Virus record (IMG/VR): IMGVR_UViG_3300035696_003004 | Coordinates: 8,988-72,987 of that record | Source of the DNA: a virus | Taxonomy: Duplodnaviria > Caudoviricetes | Reading direction: 5' to 3' (one strand) | Length of the DNA stretch: 64,000 nt | Shown here: piece after piece, positions 47,042 to 56,592 of the stretch | Position numbering within the stretch: the first letter of the stretch is position 1 | Layout: each line of letters opens with the position of its first letter | The notes under the pieces: model-generated | What the model saw: the letters and a program-made list of their open reading frames with translations, nothing else | What the model was told of the DNA's origin: nothing | Database searches by the model: none | Translations under genes and position numbers: made by a program

Positions 47042-47169
47042 TGCCAAAAATTACGATTACTGAACGTCGCTGCGATCGATGTGGGAAAATCGGCACAGTA
47101 CCGTGGCCGAACAAAAAATGTCCTGATTGTACGAAATGGGCCAAGCAAAATCCTACAAAGGCAAAGTAG
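47041..47169 (+). CDS. 42-aa Zn-finger microprotein
   Basis: CDRC...CPDC. Confidence 0.45.
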   Translation: MPKITITERRCDRCGKIGTVPWPNKKCPDCTKWAKQNPTKAK

Positions 47170-47177
47170 GCATTTAA

Positions 47178-48152
47178 ATGGCTGTTTACATTGCACCTAA
47201 AAAGTGGCCAGCATTAGACGACAACCCGTCGTCCGCAGAAGTCGCTTTAAATTTGCGAAGAGTTTTTAATACATTGAATGACCATGACCAAGCGATTAAC
47301 ACAATGTATGCAAACGGGACTACTGTTACCACCGAAACCGTCACAAAACTTATTACTGAGGCGGCTACTTCCTCTTCGTCTTCGCTTAATGTGGTCACAT
47401 CTTTTAATGGCAGCAAAGGCGATATTACATTTTTTAATTATTTGGGGACTGTTGACAATCAAGTCGGAGTTACAAGTTATACAACGCAAAGTTCCGATGA
47501 TGGCGCAATGATTCTAATCGATGATTCATCGGCTGTGGCTATTACTTTAAATTTTAACGTCTCGGCACCATGGTTTACAACTATCGTCAATTTGGGGACT
47601 GGTACAGCTACTCTTACGCCGTCAAGTGGTACGGTTAATGGTGCGGCTTCGGTAACACTTTATGGCGGAAGCTTTTCTATCGTTTACTTCGATAGTACAA
47701 ATTTTTGGGCTAGTTTGCTACCCATTGCTTCGACTAGTCAATTTGGATTAGTGAAGCCAGATAATTCCACAATTACTATATCAAATGGGGTTATATCATC
47801 TGTTTCTTCTTCGTGGTTAGGAGGTACATTATCGATAAGCAATATTACAATTGGTTCCGGTGCAGGAACCGGTGCTACTTATAGCATTGTGGGTACTGAT
47901 GGCAATCATACAGTTGCAATTGAAACAGGTACGTCACCAGCAGCTTCCTCTATGCTATTTACAATTACGTTCACAGCATCGAGAGGCCATACGACTTATC
48001 CAGTGATTTGGCAGGCGGGACTAAGTGGATATACATCGCTCGCTCAATCTGTATGGATTAATTCAAGTTCAAGTACATCATATACTATAAACTCTGGATC
48101 AACTGCATTAACGGCAGGTGTTGAATACTATTGGAATGTTGTTTGCCCGTAA
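47178..48152 (+). CDS. Short tail fibre-like protein
   Basis: VTSFNG, GTATLTP..GT.NG, FGLVKPDNSTITI fibre motifs. Confidence 0.65.
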   Translation: MAVYIAPKKWPALDDNPSSAEVALNLRRVFNTLNDHDQAINTMYANGTTVTTETVTKLITEAATSSSSSLNVVTSFNGSKGDITFFNYLGTVDNQVGVTSYTTQSSDDGAMILIDDSSAVAITLNFNVSAPWFTTIVNLGTGTATLTPSSGTVNGAASVTLYGGSFSIVYFDSTNFWASLLPIASTSQFGLVKPDNSTITISNGVISSVSSSWLGGTLSISNITIGSGAGTGATYSIVGTDGNHTVAIETGTSPAASSMLFTITFTASRGHTTYPVIWQAGLSGYTSLAQSVWINSSSSTSYTINSGSTALTAGVEYYWNVVCP

Positions 48153-48238
48153 GTATAATTGCATAAATAAGGTCGAAATAGGGCGAATTAGATATGTTGT
48201 TATAAATATAAACTAGGATTATTCTGTTGATACATTAG

Positions 48239-48311
48239 TGAGCAACATGCCTCCCCAACGGGGAACAAGCAATGGCTCAAAGTCCGAAATGGCTTTGAGC
48301 CATTTCTGTTT
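48239..48311 (+). promoter_or_regulatory. Conserved structured late leader/attenuator, copy E
   Basis: TGAGCaaCATGC-CCCC aac GGGG-AACAAGC-AATGGCTCAAAG...CTTTGAGCCATT-TCTGTTTT. Confidence 0.8.
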
Positions 48312-48327
48312 TGCGCGAGGGGGATTT

Positions 48328-48915
48328 ATGGGTTTTTGGTCGAGCCTATTTGGTGGTTCAAATCCGACCCTTGGTAGCGACATTAAGGACTTTGGCGCTA
48401 TCGGAAGTTTCGCCACAAACTTGGGTGAATCAAATCTTAATAAGTCTAGCAACTTTTGGTCTTCGATTCTAGGTGGTAACCAAGCCCAAATCAGTCAGAC
48501 ACTTGCCCCGGAAGTTAATGCAATGCAGCAGCAAGGTCAGCAGCAAAAACAGCAACTTGGGCAATTTGGAACGAGATCTGGTGGAACTGCCGCAGCCGCC
48601 GCTGGCATCGATACAAGCACGCGCGGCAATATCAGCAATATGGTTTCGTCCTTGCTAGGCAGTGCGGCAAGCAATTTGGGAAGTTTGGGGACTAGCAGTT
48701 TGGGCATGGGCATGCAAGCACTCGGTCAGCAGGCAACGTTATCGCAGGAACAGATGCAAAATTGGTCAAACAGCATTTTGGGACGCAGTATTACTGGTGG
48801 AATTGGAGCGGCAGAATCTTTTGGATTGGGTGCCGCTGGCGGTGCGCTTTCTAACACTGGAGCAGGTCGAGGCGCTATGAGTGGTCTGCAGGGCTATTGG
48901 TTGGGCGGTCAATAA
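48328..48915 (+). CDS. Ejection/DNA pilot-type internal virion protein
   Basis: MGFWSSLFGG start; Gly/Ser/Gln-rich. Confidence 0.6.
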   Translation: MGFWSSLFGGSNPTLGSDIKDFGAIGSFATNLGESNLNKSSNFWSSILGGNQAQISQTLAPEVNAMQQQGQQQKQQLGQFGTRSGGTAAAAAGIDTSTRGNISNMVSSLLGSAASNLGSLGTSSLGMGMQALGQQATLSQEQMQNWSNSILGRSITGGIGAAESFGLGAAGGALSNTGAGRGAMSGLQGYWLGGQ

Positions 48916-48925
48916 GGAGTGAAAC

Positions 48926-50647
48926 ATGGCAAGCGGCGAAGCATGGCAAAGTGGTTGGAATCTCGGTTCGCAACTTGCGCAGCAGCGCTCTGCCCGAAAG
49001 CAGGAAATATCTGACGAAGCATTTCAAACTCAATTCGGCGAATTACAGCAAAATATTGGCAATTTGCAGACAAAACTTTCAACGGTTCCTCCTGGAACCC
49101 CCGAATACTTAAAAACGCAGTATGCTCTGCAACAGGCGATCGAAAGCCGGAACGGCCTATTTGCGCAAAAGCCAGGTGCGCTGCAAAAATTTGGCCATTT
49201 GCTGCATTTGACGAAGGGGCCACAGCAGCCAGCGGCTACGACTCCGTTGATTGGACAACAAACAGTGGAAGTTGGTGGCGAAAGGGTTCCAACTGGTCCG
49301 GCCTATATGGTTCAAGGGCCACAGACGCCGGCACAGTTAAAAGCGCGAGCGGAGGCGCAAAGAATGGCGGCAGGGGCACCAGCATATGTTGCTCCACAAA
49401 CCGCTTGGGAAAAGTACGTAGCCAATTATCAAGAAGTAATGGGTCGTGAAGCTCAACCGCCCAAGGAAGTAAAGGAAGAGTTTGCGCGGACGGGGAAGGT
49501 TACGGAACCGAAGCCTACGGCTGAAAACTTTAAGACGCAAAGCATTATTTTGTCGGATGGAACGACTGTTACAGCTCAACAAGACACAAAAAGCGGGGAC
49601 TGGTTTTATTTGAGCAAAAAGCGGATTCCCGATGAGCTGCTGGATGGAGCCAAAAGTGCGCCTAAAGAATTACAACCAAAGACGGCATGGGCGCGAGACG
49701 AAAAAGGAAAGATTTATTCGGTCAATTTAGATGCAAGAACACACCAGGAGATTGCGGGTACAAGAAATTACGGTTTGGTGCCGCCAGCATCTTTAACGGG
49801 AAGAATTACGACTGGTTTTTATCACTATGTTGATCCAGCTACTGGACAAGTTTTTCAAGTTCCTGAGACGCATACTTCTGTTCCTGTGGGAGGTGGACGT
49901 GGCACCGCAGCTGCACCTTCCGCGCCGATGGCGGGTACAGCGGCACCAGCGGCTGTTCCTGCTGCTGCGCGTAGTGCTGCCAGTGCGCCGTCTGTGCCAA
50001 AAACTCCAGGGGAAGCGCGTCGTCAAATGCCGCGTCAAGTACCACCTAAAGCTGGTGGTGCTGTGACACCTACCGCTACTCCGTCACGCGCGCCAGGGGC
50101 TGCTGGACCAGGCCGCGTAATTGGATGGAAGGGAACGAAGGATTACATCGATACCAAAACGGCGTACGAGGCATCTGTAGACAGAACAAAAACAATGGAC
50201 GACAACCTGAGAAATGCCTTGCGCGGCGATCAGCAAGCAATGATTTCCCTTGTGGCAAACCATATTGGTATGACGCTAGGAGCGCAAAAAGGCGCTCGCA
50301 TCAACCAAGCGGTGTGGAATGAGGCTGTGGAATCCGCTCCGTGGTTGGCACGTGCCGTAGCGCGGTTTGATAATCGTGGCTTGTTGTCGGGCGTAACATT
50401 GGCTCCTGAACAGATGCGGCAAATGGTCGGATTGGCGCATGAAAAAGTGGATGTACTAAAGCAGCATTTGGATCGGCTAAATGCTGAACGTGGTATTGGT
50501 GTGAGAAATCCTGGTGCTGGCGATGGAACCCCCGGTAAAAAGACGGTGAGTTTGTCGGCGGCGCGCCGATTACCGCAAAATAAGGGAAAGGCAGATGCCC
50601 AAATTCGTGCAGACATTGAAGCACATGGCTATCTGGTAGGGCCGTAA
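48926..50647 (+). CDS. Internal virion (ejection) protein
   Basis: 573 aa, Ala/Pro/Gln-rich, between the pilot and a large helical protein. Confidence 0.55.
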   Translation: MASGEAWQSGWNLGSQLAQQRSARKQEISDEAFQTQFGELQQNIGNLQTKLSTVPPGTPEYLKTQYALQQAIESRNGLFAQKPGALQKFGHLLHLTKGPQQPAATTPLIGQQTVEVGGERVPTGPAYMVQGPQTPAQLKARAEAQRMAAGAPAYVAPQTAWEKYVANYQEVMGREAQPPKEVKEEFARTGKVTEPKPTAENFKTQSIILSDGTTVTAQQDTKSGDWFYLSKKRIPDELLDGAKSAPKELQPKTAWARDEKGKIYSVNLDARTHQEIAGTRNYGLVPPASLTGRITTGFYHYVDPATGQVFQVPETHTSVPVGGGRGTAAAPSAPMAGTAAPAAVPAAARSAASAPSVPKTPGEARRQMPRQVPPKAGGAVTPTATPSRAPGAAGPGRVIGWKGTKDYIDTKTAYEASVDRTKTMDDNLRNALRGDQQAMISLVANHIGMTLGAQKGARINQAVWNEAVESAPWLARAVARFDNRGLLSGVTLAPEQMRQMVGLAHEKVDVLKQHLDRLNAERGIGVRNPGAGDGTPGKKTVSLSAARRLPQNKGKADAQIRADIEAHGYLVGP

Positions 50648-52641
50648 TGGCAAATAAACAACTACAAACCGATCCTTATGCTTCGATTGCTGTGTCTGCT
50701 GCAACGGCAGATCCGTATTCTGAAATTGCATATCCGTCTGAACTGACGGCCAATCCACGTGGTGAAGGCATCTATCAGATGCGAACGCCGCAGGGGCAAG
50801 TAATTGGCTTGCCTTATAGCAATGTGCCCAAACGGCCACAAGGATGGAGTTTTGCTAACCAGACCGAACAGGAACGGTTTAATAAAGATTACGGTGCTGA
50901 TCCAGCGCGCCAAACTGAGGCTGGTCCATCTTTTGCTGCTGCGCCGTCTGGTAAAGAATGGGGCCGGGCGCTGCTTCGCCATCCGTTAAGAGCGACAGCA
51001 GCTCTTGCCGTTCCGAGACAACGGCCGAAGGGGGCAACAACTGGCGAAATGCTAGCCAGTGATGTTGGCAATGTTGCAGCTGGTGCGCTTAGCGTGCCAC
51101 GGCATCCTGTTCAAACGGCGCTTGGTGCCTTGGAGGGGATCGGCGGTGTCGTTACTGCACCCGTTGAAGCTGCAATGGGCAAACCAACCATTTTTAGCGA
51201 AACGGCCGAACAATTTAAAGAAAGTCCAGAAATAGTTCCTTTTGGCCTTGGGCAAGCCATTGCAATGGGCGGACTAGGAAAGAAAGCTGGCACGCTGGGG
51301 GGAAAAGGAATTCAAGCAATTCGTGAAGCGGCTGCAAAAAAATATGGACCGGTAAATGTTCCAATTGCTAAAGAAAAAGTTCCTGTACTAGTAGGAGAAG
51401 CACGGCCGGAGACCGCAGCGGGAAGAAAGCAAATTGGCTTTAAAAGAATGGGTGTAAGTCCAGCAAAGTTTGAAAAGGTAGCGCAAGCTCAACAAACTGC
51501 CGTCAAGAATGTAATTCGAAAAACAGCACAGCAGACTTCTGGATTAATTGGGCCAATGGCCGAAGAACCAGGAGAGGCCATGCAGGAAGCTGCTGATGCA
51601 ACTTTTGCCAAAGCACGGCCTATGTATGCTGCATTAGATAAGTCTTTGACCACCGTTCCTGATGGTCTTGAAAACGTATCAAAAATTACGCAGCAAGCAA
51701 TGTCGCGAGCTAAAAAATTGGGAGTTACTTTTGGCGATGAAAGTGTTGATTTAAGTAAAATTCGACCCGATAAAAATGGATCAATTCAGTGGGGAGGAAC
51801 ACGAATTTCTAAGGCGACAAATCCGGAACGTTGGAATGCGCTTGTTAAAGATGGAATTATTGACGATTCTGGGCATGGAACACCGATTTCTGCTTATATA
51901 AAAGTGCGTTCTCAACTTTTAAAGATGCAACGCTCGACTGCCGATGCGGCAACTCGAAATGCTATTTCAAACGAGATCCGTACAATGAATGAAGGCATGG
52001 AAACGGCACTTAAAGGTACGCCGCTTTACGAAAATTGGGTGCAAGCTAATCATCTATGGTCTAAAGGGTATGCATTGCGAGACGTAGCGGATGCTTTTAG
52101 AAAAGCTACCAAGGGAACGCCGGCAGCAGAACAAGCACCTGGACTTACACCAGTTCAGACTCGTATTTTGGGCCCCAACTTGGTAAATCGGTTGAACTCC
52201 CTTGAACAAGAAGGCATTCTTGGAAGGGCATTTACTCACGAGGAAATATCTAATCTGCGCCAAGCTGCGGATATTTTGGATCGCGCACGAGCTGCGGCAG
52301 GCTCGGGATATAGTTTTGTTCATGGCTATTCGTTGCGGAGTGTTTTTTGGCGTTCTTTAATTCGCATGCCAGCGATTCCCCTTGTCAATATAATGACTAA
52401 AATTGAGGGTGTTAATGCACTGAAGGCAGCTGAAGCTGCGCGTACTCCAGCCGAGCTTCAAACTGCATTGGTAGCATTAGGCGTTGCGGCTGCTAGCCCA
52501 TCTGCTACAAAACCTCTTGGACAGTTGCGGGAGCAAGCTAAGAAAATGGCACCTGTTGACATGCCAACTGACAATTTCGGGGAAACGCAGACTGAGGCAC
52601 CAGAAGAAACTGAAACTGGAGAATCGGAAGTAATGCCGTAA
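50647..52641 (+). CDS. Internal virion (ejection) protein
   Basis: 664 aa, Ala/Gly-rich helical; TAATG coupling. Confidence 0.55.
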   Translation: MANKQLQTDPYASIAVSAATADPYSEIAYPSELTANPRGEGIYQMRTPQGQVIGLPYSNVPKRPQGWSFANQTEQERFNKDYGADPARQTEAGPSFAAAPSGKEWGRALLRHPLRATAALAVPRQRPKGATTGEMLASDVGNVAAGALSVPRHPVQTALGALEGIGGVVTAPVEAAMGKPTIFSETAEQFKESPEIVPFGLGQAIAMGGLGKKAGTLGGKGIQAIREAAAKKYGPVNVPIAKEKVPVLVGEARPETAAGRKQIGFKRMGVSPAKFEKVAQAQQTAVKNVIRKTAQQTSGLIGPMAEEPGEAMQEAADATFAKARPMYAALDKSLTTVPDGLENVSKITQQAMSRAKKLGVTFGDESVDLSKIRPDKNGSIQWGGTRISKATNPERWNALVKDGIIDDSGHGTPISAYIKVRSQLLKMQRSTADAATRNAISNEIRTMNEGMETALKGTPLYENWVQANHLWSKGYALRDVADAFRKATKGTPAAEQAPGLTPVQTRILGPNLVNRLNSLEQEGILGRAFTHEEISNLRQAADILDRARAAAGSGYSFVHGYSLRSVFWRSLIRMPAIPLVNIMTKIEGVNALKAAEAARTPAELQTALVALGVAAASPSATKPLGQLREQAKKMAPVDMPTDNFGETQTEAPEETETGESEVMP

Positions 52642-52687
52642 TGTTTTATGCAACTGCATTCCGTAAAGCGTAAGGAGTTAAATAAAT

Positions 52688-52927
52688 ATGGATTTAATGT
52701 TTAGCCTGATTGAGATCGATGATGGTTTTTTTGTTAATCCGTTTAATGTAACGGTTGTGAAGGCGGCTGATAAAAAACAATGTGTGCTTTATGTATCGGG
52801 ACAGTCGGCTCTTGATGGCTTTGTAATTAAAAGATCAGCTTTGGAAGTTGCCACTGACATTGTCGAAGAAATTAGAGAAGTAGACGAATCAGATTCTGAA
52901 GAAGAAGAGCCCGAAACAGATAATTAG
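52688..52927 (+). CDS. Small acidic hypothetical protein
   Basis: AAGGAG SD; acidic tail. Confidence 0.65.
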   Translation: MDLMFSLIEIDDGFFVNPFNVTVVKAADKKQCVLYVSGQSALDGFVIKRSALEVATDIVEEIREVDESDSEEEEPETDN

Positions 52928-52948
52928 CTGAAAATATTAAGTCATAAT

Positions 52949-53887
52949 ATGGTCCTTATGCAACCAAGCGCTAAAATACTTGCTGCGTTCGAAAGATGTC
53001 CTCGCATGGCTTTTTGGATGCGTTCTTGGCAGCAATACAAAATGGATGACATTCAAATGCTTCAAGCGGGTATACGAATTGGTGTTATGGAAATGGAGCG
53101 TAAGGATTGGGGACAGGTTGCTGGTGAACAAGTTTATGCGCTCGGCCTCGAACCTGGTTTAGAAACAAATTACTTTAATGTGCATGACCAAGTTGTTCAT
53201 TTGGCTTCGATTGCCGACATTGTAACAACGGCTATACGAAAACAACAAGAAAAACCTTGGGGTATACCGCCACCAGTGCTATTGGGAAAGCAAGGGTTGC
53301 AATGGAATTCTTCTGCTTATATTGATCCGTCTGGTTCGCATTTGCGAAGGATTGTTTTAGTATCGAATTGGTCCGATGAACGGCATTACAGCGAAGCGCG
53401 ATCCTATTTTTCGTTAGGTGAAGTTTGTGCATATGGTTTGCCAATGCAGCAGGTAGTTATTGTGCTGGGTCAGAACCGAAGTGGAAAGCGACATTCGGCA
53501 TGGACAAAGGGATTTCGGCACCCACGAAATAAGAAACTGCGTTTTCGCAAAAAAAATGATGTCACTGTGCCATTTAATTCAAATTGGGATAAAGTATGGC
53601 GAGAGGATTTTAGCGATATTTCTACGCACGATTGGTTACAAGCAATGTTGGATGATGGCGTTCTTCAAGATCATTGCTTTACGGTTCAAATTGATGTGCC
53701 GATCCAGATTACTCGAAAACATATACTTGATTTAATGATGCGTAAGCTTGAAGCAATTGAAAAATTAAATACACTACCCGATGAACAAATGACCGGCTGT
53801 GACTGGCCTTATAAATGCCAATTTCGTAAGCCGTGTCATTCTGGCGGCGAGCCGAAAGAGGGGGTATTTAGAGTGATTGCGCAATAG
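52949..53887 (+). CDS. Cas4/PD-(D/E)XK-like protein with predicted Fe-S Cys staple
   Basis: N-terminal SAKILAAFERCPR and C-terminal C-x5-C-x5-C (CDWPYKCQFRKPC), the 1+3 Cys arrangement of Cas4/AddB-type nucleases; catalytic D..ExK not evident. Confidence 0.65.
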   Translation: MVLMQPSAKILAAFERCPRMAFWMRSWQQYKMDDIQMLQAGIRIGVMEMERKDWGQVAGEQVYALGLEPGLETNYFNVHDQVVHLASIADIVTTAIRKQQEKPWGIPPPVLLGKQGLQWNSSAYIDPSGSHLRRIVLVSNWSDERHYSEARSYFSLGEVCAYGLPMQQVVIVLGQNRSGKRHSAWTKGFRHPRNKKLRFRKKNDVTVPFNSNWDKVWREDFSDISTHDWLQAMLDDGVLQDHCFTVQIDVPIQITRKHILDLMMRKLEAIEKLNTLPDEQMTGCDWPYKCQFRKPCHSGGEPKEGVFRVIAQ

Positions 53888-53893
53888 TGCGTT

Positions 53894-54144
53894 GTTGCAT
53901 CTATTCGATGCATTACAAAACCGTTGCTACTCGAGCTGGTGGCTTGGATCTAGCCAAACCACATAGTTGCATCTGTTCGATGCACTACAAAACCGTTGCT
54001 ACGGAACAACTGCGACTTGAAAACGAGGCGTTTCTAATTGCATCTGTTCGATGCACTACAAACCGTTGCTACATACTCTTCCGCACGACCAAATCGTAAA
54101 TGGCCAAGTTGCATCTGTTCGATGCACTACAAAACCGTTGCTAC
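53894..54144 (-). CRISPR. CRISPR mini-array: 4 repeats (37/37/36/37 nt), 3 spacers (35/34/35 nt)
   Basis: Plus-strand repeat GTTGCATCTGTTCGATGCACTACAAAACCGTTGCTAC at 53894, 53966, 54037 and 54108. The most degenerate copy is leftmost and an AT-rich flank is on the right, implying minus-strand transcription (GTAGCAACGGTTTTGTAGTGCATCGAACAGATGCAAC). Confidence 0.92.
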
Positions 54145-54320
54145 AACACAATTATAACTATTTTGTTTTGAATGGCCACAAGCTGCTTTCCGCGAACCGC
54201 GTAAATTTGTGCTTTTCAATTGTAACGAGCGGCACAATACTCATTCTATCTCTTTCAAAATCAGCATATTATCCCTTCCGCAAACTTTTTGAAGTTTTAC
54301 CGAAACTGAAGGTTCGCGCA

Positions 54321-54968
54321 TTAGTGCCATTCGCCGCTGGCAACGTCACTGTCGTTAAGAAATTTGTTCTCGTCTTCATTATCTCCCAAGTTGGCGCTGA
54401 CTGCCGCACCGCGAGCACGTGAAGCTCGTGGTGGATGAATGACATTTTGAATAGAATTTGGCTGAATAACTGCGGGTAATGGGGAATCGGAAACGATTGC
54501 TGCAAGATCAGGCTGGTTGGCTTCTAAGCGATTTGGTAGATTATCGCTTAACGATGCTATCGCTGTCTGCTGATTCCTAAGTGCCGCAATTGTCTGCTGC
54601 AGCGAAGGAATTTCGGCATTAAGAACCGCCCAAAGATTTGCAGCTTTTGCGCGTTCTTCAATTGCTTTTGCCAACCTTTTTTCGGCCGCGCTTAGGGCAA
54701 CGCCAAAAACTTTATTATTACCCGATTGACGAAGGTGCCTGCGTGTCTTGTTACGTGTAGATACAGACTTATCATTTAATGCCCTACACGACAAAGTTGA
54801 ACTTTGGAGTATATCGCCAATCTTTTTGTTTCTATTAGACCATCTAGCTTTAGCTGCCTTACTTGCTAATTCATGTCGTTGCTCGCTGGTAAGGTTTTTC
54901 ATTCTTGCGGCACCTGCTTGAGCATTTTGACTAATAGATACTGGATTAATTACAGCTTGTTCATTCAT
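54321..54968 (-). CDS. Hypothetical protein with AARMKNLT.EQR.ELASKAAKARW motif and coiled coil
   Basis: Motif common in small mobile-element proteins; upstream of the array on the same strand. Confidence 0.6.
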   Translation of the reverse strand: MNEQAVINPVSISQNAQAGAARMKNLTSEQRHELASKAAKARWSNRNKKIGDILQSSTLSCRALNDKSVSTRNKTRRHLRQSGNNKVFGVALSAAEKRLAKAIEERAKAANLWAVLNAEIPSLQQTIAALRNQQTAIASLSDNLPNRLEANQPDLAAIVSDSPLPAVIQPNSIQNVIHPPRASRARGAAVSANLGDNEDENKFLNDSDVASGEWH

Positions 54969-55094
54969 AACCAATGCCTTTTTAAAACTATCTACGAATG
55001 CCAGCGAAAATGCAAGCATAAACTTAAAAAGTTATTGCCCAAAAAACAAAAATGCATGATACTGCCTATGACAAGCACTAATAGGAGAAGTAAG

Positions 55095-55343
55095 GTGGCT
55101 GAAGATAGCATTGATGCCAAGTTGGATCGCGTCGTTAATGTAAAAACAGGATGCATTTGTCGGTACGGGGGAAAATCGGTTGGTGGCTTAATTTATATTG
55201 ATCCTTGCTGTCGAGTGCATTTTGCTGAAACGAGGCTTCCTAAATGTCCCCCTGTACCGCCAATCACGAAAGCCGAGTTAGATGCATGGAAGCCCAAAAA
55301 GCGCGTTTCGTACCCGAAATTATCAATTGCAAAAGCGAAGTAA
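55095..55343 (+). CDS. Small Cys-rich protein
   Basis: AGGAG SD and GTG start; CIC, CCRVH, CP. Confidence 0.5.
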   Translation: MAEDSIDAKLDRVVNVKTGCICRYGGKSVGGLIYIDPCCRVHFAETRLPKCPPVPPITKAELDAWKPKKRVSYPKLSIAKAK

Positions 55344-55346
55344 AAA

Positions 55347-56591
55347 ATGAATGATACAGAGCCTATTCCGATTTTAATTATTAGCGATGCACCGTCTTCG
55401 ACTACCGGATTGGGTCGAATAACTCGTGATCTTGCTGTACGTATGAACGAAAGCCTAAAAGACATATGCCGTGTTGCAACGCTTGGATATGGTGGTGCTG
55501 GTTCTAGAAAATTAGGTTTTCAGCAATATGTGATCGAAGGTATGTCTGAATGGATTATTCCAACGCTTCCGGAAATTTGGGAAGATTTTGCTGGTAAACA
55601 AAAAGGCATTTGCATGACGATCTGGGATGCCTCACGGCTTATGTGGCTCTCCCAACCAGCACGATGCGAAATGTTGGGACCGTATCAGGTGTTACGTAAT
55701 TGGCTTATGCAAGCGCCCTTTCGCTTATGGGGATATTTCCCGATCGATGCCAGCGGCCCAAACGACAAATTAACTTATCCGCTTCATCAGACGCTCCTTG
55801 GGTTTGACCGTATTCTGGCTTATGGAAAGTGGGCGAAAGGGGTTGTTGAACAAACCATTGGCAGTGATGCAGCAAAAGTCCGGAATCTGGACTGGCTACC
55901 GCATGGAATCGACACCAGTGTCTTTTATGAACGTAATCGTCCAGTTTGCCGCTATAAGTTCGGTTCTATCACTAAAGCACAAACACTTCAAAGGGGCCCG
56001 CGACTTGGTTCCGTGCTTTCAGATGAAATTTTAATTGGCATTGTTGCAACAAACCAAGCCAGAAAAAATTGGGCTTTGGGTATTAAGACAGTAGCTTTGC
56101 TAGCAAAAAAGCACAAAGTGCGTCTTTGGATTCATACCGATGGCCTTGAACGAAATTGGTCGATTCCGTCGATGTTGGTTGATTACAATCTTGTAGACAA
56201 GGCTGCAATTTCGCTTGGAATTTTGTCTGATGACGAAATGGCGCAAGCGTATTCAGCTTGCAATTTGACACTGGGTATTGGCTCCGAAGGTTTTGGATTC
56301 CCGCTAGCGGAAAGCCAAGCTTGCGGCACGCCAGTCATTACCGGATCGTATGCTGGCGGCGCTGAACTTGTTCAAGACAAAATGCGTGTAGAGCCGATTG
56401 CTTATCAAGACGAAGGGCTATTCACATGTAAGCGTCCTGTTTTTCAAGCTTCAGATTGGGCAATGAGCGCAGAGCAATGGATGGGCAAACGCGTTGCGCT
56501 CAATCCGCAGTATAACTGGAACAATCTTTGGCCGAACTGGGAAAAATGGGTGATTGAAGGAATCAACTGTATCAATTTTAAAGGAGTTTAA
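55347..56591 (+). CDS. GT-B (GT4-like) glycosyltransferase
   Basis: ISDAPSSTTGLGR, PHGIDT, NQARKN, EGFGFPLAESQACGTPV. Confidence 0.9.
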   Translation: MNDTEPIPILIISDAPSSTTGLGRITRDLAVRMNESLKDICRVATLGYGGAGSRKLGFQQYVIEGMSEWIIPTLPEIWEDFAGKQKGICMTIWDASRLMWLSQPARCEMLGPYQVLRNWLMQAPFRLWGYFPIDASGPNDKLTYPLHQTLLGFDRILAYGKWAKGVVEQTIGSDAAKVRNLDWLPHGIDTSVFYERNRPVCRYKFGSITKAQTLQRGPRLGSVLSDEILIGIVATNQARKNWALGIKTVALLAKKHKVRLWIHTDGLERNWSIPSMLVDYNLVDKAAISLGILSDDEMAQAYSACNLTLGIGSEGFGFPLAESQACGTPVITGSYAGGAELVQDKMRVEPIAYQDEGLFTCKRPVFQASDWAMSAEQWMGKRVALNPQYNWNNLWPNWEKWVIEGINCINFKGV

Positions 56592-56592
56592 T

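Noticed and set aside
21310-54107. Self-targeting by array spacers within this window
   Set aside because: I found no full-length match by eye, but the check was not exhaustive, so it needs a computed search.
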